A stretch of 49,681 nucleotides of DNA from Vermamoeba vermiformis. Lineage: Eukaryota. Shown in pieces: positions 23,990 through 35,768 of the stretch. Where the stretch lies: NCBI GenBank assembly GCA_045837725.1, contig JBEWZL010000076.1, positions 496,001-545,681 on the forward strand. Direction: 5' to 3'. The position numbers and the translations under genes are program-made. The notes below the pieces were generated by a model. That model saw nothing but the letters and a program-made list of their open reading frames with translations. It ran no database searches and was not told the DNA's origin. How positions within the stretch are numbered: the stretch's first letter is position 1; the number at the start of each line of letters is the position of its first letter.

Positions 23990-25645
23990 ATGAGCAGTAA
24001 AAGTTCAGCGCAGCCCAATATTACGCACCTTGTTGATAAAATATCGCAGTGGAACGCAGAGAATGAACAAAAGAATGCAGATCTAGCACCTGTCAAAGCC
24101 AAGGCGACAGAAGAATTTTTAAATGCCCAGGTACTACAATAGTAAGCACGTTATTATTGCTTACAACTCGGAAAATACTCCTACAATTTTTCTAAATTAC
24201 TTTTTGTATTTTTCAGGCCCCAGTATTCGATAGCAAGTCATTTAAATACAGCAAAGTACCTCAAAAAGCACTGAGCGAGGTCGATAAGAAAGCACTTGCC
24301 CTTAAAGAGAAAGACAAGGTACATATTTCTACCTGATGGATCTCAGCTTAATTTCGTCTCCGCATAGGGCAATGAGTATTTCTCTAAAGCTCAATACACT
24401 ACAGCCATAGAGCACTATACTGAGGCTATTAACTATGACGCAACGAACACGGCGTGCTTTGCCAACCGAGCACTCTGCTACATCAAAACTGAGCGGTAAG
24501 TTGATTATTCATCGTAATACGGACTTATTGGTGCGCATACTAGTTGGATTAAAGCAATTGAAGACTGCAATGCGGTGATAAAGCTCGATCCGAAGTACGT
24601 CAAGGCCTACTTGCGACGAGGAGTGGCTTACAAAAACTCAAAGAAACTGTCCCTAGCCTTGTTGGGTAAGAATTAGCAGCCACACTTATCGCAGTACTCA
24701 CTCATTGCCCACAGACTTTGAGAAAGTGTTGAGTTTGGAGCCTGCGAACAAAGAAGCAGCGAGCGAGTTGAAAGCAGTCAAAGATCTGCTCGCCAAAGAG
24801 GAACAACAGTACAACAAAGAAGATGAAAATAGGCTCGATGTGAACAATAAGCAGAACTCATCGAGTGTTAACCAAGCAGCTAAGTCACAAGCCCCAGTTT
24901 TGGAAAAGAAAGCGGATGTGTTCCTGCAGCAAGTCAAGTCTGAAAAGAAGAGCACAAGTGACGACAAACAACAGGTGAAGCAAGACACCAGCAAAGACAC
25001 TACACCGCAAGACAGCACACAAAGCTCTGAACCTCCACAAGAAGCCAAGTCAACAGCGAGTGTCATCACAGGTGCACCAGCCAAACAGTCTTCAGAATTG
25101 CCACCGAGCTCCACCCCTCTCAAAACACCAGCACTACCAGCACTAATACCCGTTGCTGTGCCTGAAGTGGCTCCAAAGCACTACTACGAGTTTGAACGCA
25201 GCTGGAATTCACTGAAAGATGACGCCAAAGCGTGCTACAAATATTTCAAGGTAATGCGAGACTAATAGTGAATGGCGCATAATAATAGCATTGTTCAGTT
25301 AATCAAACCCGAAGCATATCCTGCGCTCTTTAAAGAAGCCATGACCAGCGAGCTATTGCTGGCGATCTGGCAATTGTTGCTCGAGAATTCATTCCCGTAA
25401 GTTACACTGCAGTGTCAATAATACATATTGTTATTGGCAATTATTGTATTGACCCATCTTGCAGAGACGACGTAGACTTTGCGCTTCAGGTAATGAAGTA
25501 CTTGCCTAAACTCTCTCGCTTCGACATGCTGCTTCTGTTCCTCGAAAAGAAAGAAAAACAAGCGTTGGAAGAGCTGTGGAATAGATTCGCGCAGTCATAT
25601 GTTGATTTAAAACTGTTATCGGCCATCAAGGCAATGTACAGGTGA
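23990..25645 (+). CDS. RPAP3: TPR protein with RPAP3-like C-terminal domain (R2TP co-chaperone)
   Basis: KEKDK|GNEYF..AIEHYT..CFANRALCY..AIEDC..YVKAYLRRG TPRs; C-terminal YEFERSW..YPALFK..LSRFDMLLLFL. Confidence 0.85.
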
Positions 25646-25707
25646 TAATTAAATTGTGCATAGTCCGTATCAGTCTATTTACATTTATTAACAAGCATTA
25701 TTATTAT

Positions 25708-28700
25708 TTACACGATCGATTTGATCACATCCACGCGCAATCCCTGTGGCTCTTGGACTATGTTACACAAACAGCTCTCCACTGCTTTGCCAATCACCGC
25801 ATGAGGTTCAGATTTGTGCTTTTGTTTCAGTGTCCATTGCTCCACGAGTGCTGCTGCGACATTCACGTGCTGCGCGACTGTTTTGTTCTGTGCTCGACAC
25901 TCGCCGTGCACTTTAAATGATTTTCTCGCCCGTTCAGCTGACTGAATGGTGCGGCATTGCGTGCATTTGAAGTGCGCGTGTTGTGCCTGCAGTGACAGTG
26001 CTGCAGACAGCTCGGTGTTAGCTGCAATGGCCTCTAGACCCTCAGCGAGACAATAAGCGCACTGCAGTTGTGACTCGACGAGGGTTGGTTTGATGGACAA
26101 GGCCACCACGGACCCGCGCGACAAGTCTCGTGGCGCAGGTACAGAAGTGTTGTCAGCTTCCAATGCCTTGATATTGACGCCCAAGGCAGCACACAACGTG
26201 TCGTCAGTGCCAATCTCGCGCACCACGATCTGTTTGTCCAACACTCGTCGACCAGGCAGAGCATTGGTATTGCTGTAAGTGACCGCTGATTTCTTCACCC
26301 ACCGCACCTCTTCAACCGCGCTGTATTCAGTCGCGTGGCACATGTAGTCGTGGTAGTTCACAGCAACAAACAAGTACACGTGCCCTTCACGGACTTGATG
26401 CTCGTTCTGGACACGAATAGGCAGCAGTGTCTTGCTGCCATCGCTCACATAGACTATGCGTCCATTGTCCTCGCTTCAAACAGAGAATCAGCGCTGTGTT
26501 TGTGTTGCAATGAGTGACAGTTGTGCCTTACCTCATCGAGAGCGACTTAGTGTCCTTGCGCACAAACAGCACTTTGCCGAGCACGCTCAAATTGTTAACT
26601 GGTGCTGCATTCAACTTATCTAGTGCTATCAGTGATGCGCATGAGTAGGTAATACCACCCGTTGTGTTGGGATCGGAAGCAAAAGCGAACTCCTCAGTGC
26701 TTTGCAAGTGATTGATTACTCGGCCAAAAGATGCACCACCAACCCTACAACGTATTGTTAGACTATTCCGATGTACACACAAGCTTACCCTAATTTTTTG
26801 TCCTGGGCCAGTCCTTTTAAGCTGATCCACCTGCCTTCGCACTGCAGCAGAGCCTCGCTAAAATAATTAGTCTGATTTACGTAGGTAATTTCAACATACC
26901 ACTTGGCAGTGTGCCGCACATCAATCACCGTCACAGCATTGGGCGAGGACTGCGTAATTAACCGTACACCAAGGCCAGTTGAAGCAGTCAGTTTGTCCGT
27001 ATTGTATTGTGATATTTGCAACTGTTTCAGCTTGTGCAAGAAGAAGCCATCGCACAGGTCACTCAGCGCAGGTCTGCCACGCGTCTTCTTTCTCGGAGCC
27101 TCATCCGAAGCCATTGAGCAGGTGCTTGTGAGCGGTTGCACAATAACTCGCTGCACAAACACGCGCAGTGAGTCTTCTTTGCTGGGCACGTGTTCTGTGG
27201 GCTTGGTGAGCGGTACAATCTGCATTGGCGAGTACTGAAATTCTGTGCTCGGCGAGTACACTGTTAACAACTTCTCAGCTGCGAGTGAGGGTGCTGTGTG
27301 CAATGAATTAATTGGCTGTGCAATGAGAGTAATGCGAGTAGGCTGCTTACAGTCCTCGTGCTCTTCGCTCAGCATGTCATCTTGCTCGTCTTCAGCGTGT
27401 TCGTGTTGCTGGTACATTGACGCCATCACAACACTGGTGCCCTCTTGTTCGGCGACCTTGAGCGAGTAATACGGCGGAATGAGCGTCAGTCTAATGCCCT
27501 CGACTACTTGTGGCAGGTCAATTTCGACAGTTTCTTTCTCGTGCTTGAATGCCACAACCGTGTACTCGCCAGTCTCGAGTCTGCACCTGGCCACTGACAA
27601 GTGATTGAACACACTTTTGACTTTGATGACCTTCACGGTGATCGGCGCATCTGTCAGTGCCTCGTTGTTCTTCATCTGATTCGCCACTTGTTTGCGCTTG
27701 TGCTTGTCAAGCTCGCTCAGTTTAGCCATGCGTTCGGCAAGTCCACCCCTATAAATATCAATTAATACCAGTCTTCCTATTACAATGACAGCACATACTT
27801 CACCAAGTGCGCCATGCCCTTGCGTCCGGTGTTTTCTTCATTGGGCACAAATTGAGTGAATTGTCCCGAATTAACACTGATCTTGTTCAAGAACGTCTGA
27901 TCTGCAGTCCCGCTGTTCTGCACTGGTTTAATGCGCAGTCCTTCTTTGAGCACCACAGGCTGTTGTGTTCGTTTGAGCGGAGATATGAAACTGCCTCTGA
28001 TTTTGTCGGCGGTGTTCCAAGTCTCCTGTTGCTGTTGTTGTTGTTGTGGCTGACCACGGGTGTTATTTACAAGATTGAATTTGATTGGTCCAACATTTGC
28101 TGCGCGAGTCTCTTCTTTTTCTTCTTTGAGCGCCGCGGTGAAAATATCGTCCTCGTTGTCATTGTCATCGACATCATCAACCAGCAGTCGCAAATTCTTG
28201 TTTTCATATATGTCCGGTGATCCACGTTGGATTGGTGGACTTTCAGGCACGTGATCAGGACTGTCGGCAATATAATCCTCGTGCACTTGTTGACCTGCTG
28301 GTGGGCTGTTAGAGCGATCAAACATCTCCTCATCGTCATGATCGTCAATATCCTCAATGTCGTGCTGTTGGGTTGATTGGAATTTGGTCGGTGTTCGGTG
28401 CGTGCTTTCCATAGTCAACATTTCATCGAGCTTTTGACTGTCTTGACTCTCTTCGATAGAGTCATTCAACGACGGCATAATAGGCACTTTAGCGTTCTCT
28501 CTCATTTGTTTCAACATTTCGTTTTGGTGCTTCACTAACGGTGAGAACTTTGACACAGCAGCGACAGGTGAAGAATCAATTTCGTCTTCAATGTCATCGT
28601 GCTTAAATGCTGCGTCGATCTCTTCTATATTCGAGACCATGAGCTTTGATTCTTGGTATCTGTTTTGCTCTTCAGACTCGACAATGTCGTCTTCAATTTC

Positions 28701-29374
28701 TTCTTCAAACTCTTTTTCCAATTTGCGAGGTACCGGTTGCGAGCGATGAACACGCGTTGGAAGTGCAGGGGGCGAGTTCACTCTGGTGTTCTTCGGCGAG
28801 GACTGCGAGGACGGCAATTTGAGTGGTGAAGGCGAGAGTCGCGACTTCTTGTCGGGTGTGGTGGTTTTGACACGACGCGACGCTGCAGCCAAGAACTCTT
28901 CGTTGGACTGGCGCAGCAAAGTGATGCTGTTCTGACGCTCTAGTTTGACTTCAGGCACGTGACTAGAGCTCTCGACAGGCGAACTTTCAATGCGCTCTAG
29001 TGCTTCAAAGGGCGGCTCTAATTGTGATGGTGTCGGGGACTTGGGAGCTTTGATTGGTGACAAAGTGATGGGCGACGAGGCGATTTGCAAGTCTTGTGGA
29101 CTCGATTGAATGTCTTCGTCTTCGAATTGCTCGTTGTGGCGCGAAGCGAGGCTGGTGTATTTGCCATCTGAAGGGAATTTAGATCCGCAGTTAAAATTAT
29201 AGAAAATGTATTTATAGACTTACCAGGAGTTAATTTACTTCTCTTCGGTGATTTTTGTGAGCTACCAGGTAACGAGACGCGTGACGTCTGATCAAGACAA
29301 ATTAAAAATTTAACTCGGCATTTATTTCTGAATTTTAATAGCATTACCTCTTCGCGCTTTCTTTTCTTTTGCAT
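25708..29374 (-). CDS. SPIDR: SPIDR-like DNA-repair scaffold (disordered N-terminus, OB-fold/Zn-ribbon C-terminus)
   Basis: GGLAERM, RLTLIPPYYSL, VFVQRV, RLITQ resemble recalled SPIDR motifs (GGLAERL, IFPPWQKL, QRVY, LVQD); CAYC..CTQC Zn ribbon. Confidence 0.62.
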
Positions 29375-29691
29375 CCACTGGCCTATTTTGACAAATATTA
29401 AAATATTTTAGTAATAGGCCAAACCAGATTTATGGGTATCATCGATGCCGCTGCTTACCATCATTATTATTCTTGCTAGAATTAATTTTGAACGAGGAGC
29501 GCATTAATTAAGATTGCCTTGTGGTCTGGCCGATCAACAGGAAAAAAAACTGCTCTGTTCTCAGAAATCAATTTGTTCTTTCCGTTTGCTTCGTAGTCAA
29601 CAACTCTCTTGATCGTAACAACCATACATCAAGTATTGAGTACACACGACCATATGGCTTTAATTAGGACGCGTTGTTTGTAAACCACCAG

Positions 29692-32406
29692 ATGTCTGAA
29701 TCTACGCATAGAGCTCCTTGGGAGTTAAGTAGAATTAATGACTACGAAAAAATCGAACGCATTGGCGAGGGCACATATGGGTAATCATCAATATTAATTG
29801 TGCGTGTAGGCACTTCAGTCATTAATCGGATTTCTATCTAGAGAGGTATTTAGAGCCCGTCACTACGAAACAAATGAAGTCGTTGCAGTAAAAAAAGTAA
29901 AAATGCCAGAAACAATGCGTGAAGGGGTATGCTCATATTCAATTTAATTCCAAAAAATCATTAGCGGAAATCTGGTTTATAATACGTAAATTCGCAAATT
30001 ATAGAGTGAAAATACGTAAAGCGTAGACCAGTGAATAAATTAAACAAGTTACTCTTCCTATTTTTCTAATATTCACCGTATATTTCAGTTCCCGATAACG
30101 GCTATCAGAGAAATCAAAATTCTGAAAGCACTCGAGCACAACAATATAGTTAAATTAAAAGAAATTGCTATATCAGGTAGTTATGCCACGGCAATGTTAT
30201 AAGTGCGATCTGATTGATTTATTTTCAGCTCAAGAAGAACTCGAATTTAAGAGTATATTTCTCATTTTTGAATTTTTGGAGCATGATTTGCAAGGTCTAT
30301 TAGTACAATTGCACGAAAAGAAGCGATGGCTCACTCTTGGGCAGATCAAGTCAATCGCCAAACAATTGCTCGAGGCCGTTAGTTACTTGCACAAAAATAA
30401 CGTGTTGCATCGTGATATTAAAGGTACGTGATAACAATAACCCTTGTAATAATAATTCGCCTTAACTTACTCGGTTGACAGCTTCGAACATGCTCATCAA
30501 CAATCAAGGCGAAGTCAAGCTCGCTGACTTTGGTTTGGCGCGTATTTTTCAAGGCCCGCAAGGCAATTACACCAATCGCGTGATCACGTTGTGGTTCCGC
30601 CCGCCTGAACTGCTCTTAGGCGCGCAATCATATGGACCTGAAGTTGACGTGTGGAGTGTCGGGTAAGTGTCAAATTGAACCTGTCAATGAAGTGCTAACT
30701 TGTCTTGCAGCTGTATCATTGCTGAGTTGCTCTACAAGCGTGCAATATTGCCTGGTCGCACAGAACTCGATCAGCTCGATCTGATTTTCAAGTTGTGTGG
30801 CACACCGAACGAGGACAATTGGCCTGGCGTGCAGAAACTGCCTTATTGGAACACACTCAAGCCACTCGTTCACCGAGCATCAAACTTGCGTCAAACATTT
30901 TCGTAGTAAGTACTTATCATTTGTCACAGCCCAGCTAACACGTCAATTAGTTTTGACTCAGAGGCCATGCAGCTGATTGAATCCATGTTGAAATTAAATC
31001 CCAAAGATCGCATCACCGCCGAACAAGCATTGCAATCCTCGTGGTTCACATCAGATCCACAGCCTGAAAACCTTACCGAGTATGTCATTTGAGCACCCTC
31101 TGTCGCGTCTAACAAGTACACAGGATGTTGTGCACAGTGGAGTCCTTGCACGAGTACACTGCGAAGGCGAGACGACAAGCCAAGCGCGAGTCCTCGTTCA
31201 GCAACAATCTCAATGCCAAGCTGCAGAGCATGACCTTGCAGCCCTCGCCGAGCAAGTCAGTCACTTCGTTCAACGTGCCATTCAGCACTATCAGCGTAGA
31301 TCAAACCAAGACCTCGCCAACAGTCCCTACGATCAACATTCAAGGCTCGTCCCCTGGACATTTCAGTCCAAAAGCCAGAACACCCAGCAAACGTCCCTCT
31401 CGCTCACCGAGTCCTTCGGCCATCAATGCCTCTCTGCAAAATAGTTTTAAATTCACGAGCAACATGCCGCCGAGCTCTAATCCCTTGCCTCCCATCGCTT
31501 CTCAAGGCTATTTTTCCGCACCGCAGCCACAACTGCAACAACAGCAATCAGAATTTGTGCCGCAGAACATTCCCGCGTACTTTGCGCAACATCAACAACA
31601 ACCGCGCACGCAGTCACAGTTCTTTCCCATGCCGAGCAAGCAACAGACTACGCAGTTCAGTCAAATGTCTCAGCCACAACTGACGCAAATGCCGCAAGTG
31701 AATCAACCTCCCCCGCAGTTCTCATTCCCGAGTGCTGCAGTGCCTGTCATGTTCAAACCTCAGAGCTATCAGACCGCACAGCCCACAACACTGCCTTCAC
31801 ATCCCACGCAGTATCAGCCGTACAACCTGCAACAGCACACTGATCTGCAACAACAGTACATGCACGCGATGCAAGCACAATATCAACACAACTACGCGCA
31901 GTACTATCAACAGGCCTATCAAGACATCAATCAGCAGCTCTATCCGCGCAGTGTGTATCCACAACAACAGCCCGTTCAACACGCGCCTTATCAGTATGTG
32001 GCAGCTGAGCAAGCTATTCACCACGACCTGTCGCTAAGTGGCAGCAATCACAACATTACCGCGCATTCGATAGTCCCGACAGAGCTGGCTGCAGTTCCCA
32101 AGTTTTCGTTTCCCAGCGGTAAGCCACCAGAAATTAACAAAATTGTTCATAAAATAACGTGCACTATCAGGTGCCAAGCCCTCGTTGTTTAGCGCTCAGC
32201 GACAAGCTTCACCGGATTACTCGCAAGCCTCGCCTTCGTATTCCCCTAGCTCGCCGACCTACTCCCCAACTAACGGATCTGAGTCTGACTCTGCGCCGCT
32301 CGACGACAGTGATGACACGGACTACGTGCCGAGTAACTACAAAAAGGACAAACCTGAGACCACCAAAGGAGCCAGATCACTGCGGAGTGCCACAAAAGTA
32401 CCGTAG
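29692..32406 (+). CDS. Transcriptional cyclin-dependent kinase (CDK9/CDK12/CDKC class, PITAIRE) with Gln-rich tail
   Basis: [56 protein letters not shown]; last exon joins in frame (intron ~32119-32170). Confidence 0.93.
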
Positions 32407-32510
32407 AGTTCTCTCCAGCAACCACTGTTTTAAATACTCTTTATCTGATGTACATAAGATTTACTAAAAACAAAAGGACTGCAAAAATGCAACCCAAAAA
32501 ATTCTAAAGC

Positions 32511-33704
32511 CTATTTCCTATTTCGCAATGCTTTAGTAATGCTCGCACTAGGTGGCTCACTGTCGAAGATGCCCGCACAATCAGGCCAGCCATCGAGCAG
32601 ACTGTAGCCCATGTAGTTCGTGTGATCAGGAATGCTCGGCACCCAAATCGAATCAGAGCAAGTCGGATCCTCGCCTGATTTGTCACACACTTTCAGCTTG
32701 CCGTCTATCTCCCAGATCTCAGTGGCGATGTGATGAAAGCCAAGTAACTCGAGTGGTAAGTGCGGCACAATGTCATTCGCATGGACCTGTACATTAATTA
32801 AGGACTGTCCTCATACTCGGTCCGATTTTACTCACGACTCTGGCTGCAGCTGGTAAAAGCTTTGAGACGTAGTTGAAGAACCCATCATTGCCTGAAATAC
32901 ATAAGTGAGCTGCCTATACGTGGCCGTACGTCCAATGTGCACAAATCATACCGACGCGAGGAGAGCCGTAATTATTGAGTGTGACGGGGAATGTGGTGCG
33001 ATTCTTCAGCTCCACCGCTGCAATCGTGGCCACTGCAGCACCGAGTGAGTGACCGGTCACGTGCACTTCATTGCACTGCGGACATTGTTGCTGTGCGCGG
33101 TTAAATCGATATCTAACGTTAACTTTACGTACCAATGTCTTCTGGAAAGCAGACCACATCTGTGGGGCTAGACTATCGTACACTGAAAGAAAACCTTCGT
33201 GCACTTCAACGCCAGGCATGCCGCGGAATAAAACTCTTTTGGCTTGAACAAAGGTGAGGCTCGAGCGAAAGAAATAGTGAGGAGCATACCAAATTCGAGG
33301 TCATCAATCCAATCAGTTATACTAAGCGTTATTGTACCACGATATGCGATCTGAACTGTAGATACGTTCCAAGGTTAGCAAAGTAAAGAAAAATATTTGG
33401 TAATTTTGAAATTGTTATATTGTAATAACATTATTATTTTGTTATTTTATTATTACGTACTAATATTATTATAGTATCCAATGTAGCCGGAAGTGTCAGC
33501 GTTTTGGTTATAGATTGCATCAACAACTGTCAGCTTTGGTATTGACTCTTGTTTGCACCAATAACAGGACCAGTCCTGAATTTTGTTATAAGGACAATAA
33601 GCCGCAAAGGAGAGAAGCGCTTGAGCCTCAAGCACAGAGACCTGATAAGAAAGTCCAAAAAAACTGATAGCAAGCACAAGGCAAAAACAATACGGCGCTT
33701 TCAT
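32511..33704 (-). CDS. Secreted class 3 (fungal-type) lipase
   Basis: Signal peptide; AYRGT; VHEGF; VTGHSLGAA nucleophile; YGSPRVG; DIVPHLP; DHTNY. Confidence 0.92.
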
Positions 33705-33948
33705 GACTAGTCTTTAGTGTCAATTAAATAATCCACTAATAAAAATGAAATTGAAAAAATTAAAAGTGCGGAGATTGTTCGTGAAACAACGAAAATTCCA
33801 GTGGTTTTCTTCTGAAGTGCCTTTAACGGGGAAGAAAGCTCCCTAACCGCTACAATTAGCTTTCGAGGTGCTTCCTCCCAAGTACCGTCTGAGATAGGCG
33901 GCCTGTGAGTTGGAATTCTATTTACAATATACAAGTGCCTGTTACTAT

Positions 33949-35627
33949 TTACACGCGAGGGTCATCTTCTGAAGAATCGCTGCTACTTGATGTTTCAGGT
34001 CGATCTGAATCCGTAGAAAAATCATCAAAGTGAACGTGCTGCTGGAATGGCTTTGAGTGCTCGTGCTTTATGACCTCGTCGCGCATGTCTTGACTAACTC
34101 CGGTTACTTCACTGCCATTACCGCGAACTATTTCTGGTGCATCTCCGTCGTCGCCTCCATCGCCCTTGGTCGAGGATGACTTGCGTTGTGCTCTCTTTAA
34201 ACGAACGTACCGAACTAATTCTCTGTAGACACGCCATAAGTGAATGTTTGCTAGCCTGTAATGTAATTACCTGATGGCGAAGTAGAACACCGAGGGCATG
34301 ACTACCGCAATGATCGCGTAGTACCAGTCAACAAATATGAAAAAGAAGAGCCAAGGGAAGAACAGCCACACCAAGTACTTGGCACGCGCTTCAAAGTAGT
34401 GCAGCGAGTCGCGTGCTTTGACTGACTTACTATCCTTCAGCACGACTCCAATGATGTTAATGATAATACTCAGCGTGATGATGGCGTAACAAATGATCAT
34501 GAAGTAATCCGCCAACCACGTCTCACCTGCAAATGATATTAAGTTACGAAAACACGACGACACAAGACATGAGCTGTGAGTACCTGTGAACGGCACAGTG
34601 TTGAGCAAGTTGGTGTGGAACAACACTTCGGCCACCAGTGCACTCGTTGCAATACCGAGTCGTGTGATTGCCTCTTTGATGGGCAAGCTGAAACTGCCGA
34701 GCACTGAGACGAGCATGAAGGCTGGGGGCAAAAACGTTTTGACCGCCACGGCGAGAGGGCGCGTAATGTTGAACTGAAACACGATCTGCGCCGAGGAACG
34801 TTGTTCAGCGGGGTACAACATTACACGTGTAGTGAAATTCATTGAATTTGACCAGTCCCAGCCCTGTAATCTCATTTGGGGAGATATTCCACTGCAAATG
34901 TTGTTCGTTAGTTGGCTAGCATTACTAAGGAAGTGTCGTTTTGGGGGTCGTCTACCTAATATCGGGTAATGCTTCGAAAAACAATGTAGAGTTCGATGCA
35001 ATGGCGTCTTCCAATACGATTTCTGTACAAAATTAATAATTACACGGCACGAGTTTAATTCGCCTACCAAGAGTCTGTACATCACGGGGGTACATGGCCG
35101 TTGTGGGAAAGAAACTAAATGTAGCAGCAATACGATAGCTTCTATAATAATTACCGTTAGTGTGGTCCTAAATAGATCTGAAAATTACCGAAATAGCAGT
35201 AATTTCGCTTTGGCTAGCGCTTGCGAAATTATCAATAATAATTAATTCAAAAGATCGATACGTTTTCGGTAAACTCGTAACGGTATACGAAGTGGGTTAT
35301 AATTAATTAATAAAGAGGATGTTGATCGCTTACCTGGTTAAATTTTCTACTTTGGAAAAACGTCCTACGTTATTTAAAAATGGTGAAACGACGCCACGAG
35401 CGTCATTTCCATTTGTATCGTACATATAGAGAAGGAAGTCTGCGTTGTAAATCCCGTTTTTCAGATCTATTGTGTCCACATTGAGCACATACAATGCTAC
35501 ATTAATCTGTTGTTGACATAATGACAAATTACTTGCAATTACAACCTATCAAGTGAGTGCAATTAGTTTAACCCAAATCCCAAGCGAAACTTACAATTAA
35601 CAGCGAGCAGTACCCAATCGAACGCAT
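33949..35627 (-). CDS. Pentameric ligand-gated ion channel, Cys-less Pro-loop (GLIC/ELIC-like)
   Basis: Signal peptide; INVALYVLNVDTIDLKNGIYNADF; YPRDVQTL|EIVLED; LQGW; pre-M1 ITRP, KTFLPP; M2 RLGIATSALVAEVLFH; M3 LADYF. Confidence 0.82.
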
Positions 35628-35768
35628 TATTATTTACAAATATATATATACATAAAATACAAATAATAGTATGTGTGTTGTATGGTTTAATGGTGGTATC
35701 AAAAAAACGACAGAAATTCCGGTTCAAACTTTGTCTCATTTTTAATTGTGCACAACAAGAGAGCAACA

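Noticed and set aside
33260-33289. 30-nt intron with GAG acceptor in the lipase gene
   Set aside because: An in-frame AAG acceptor 18 nt further on gives a typical 48-nt intron and a better protein.
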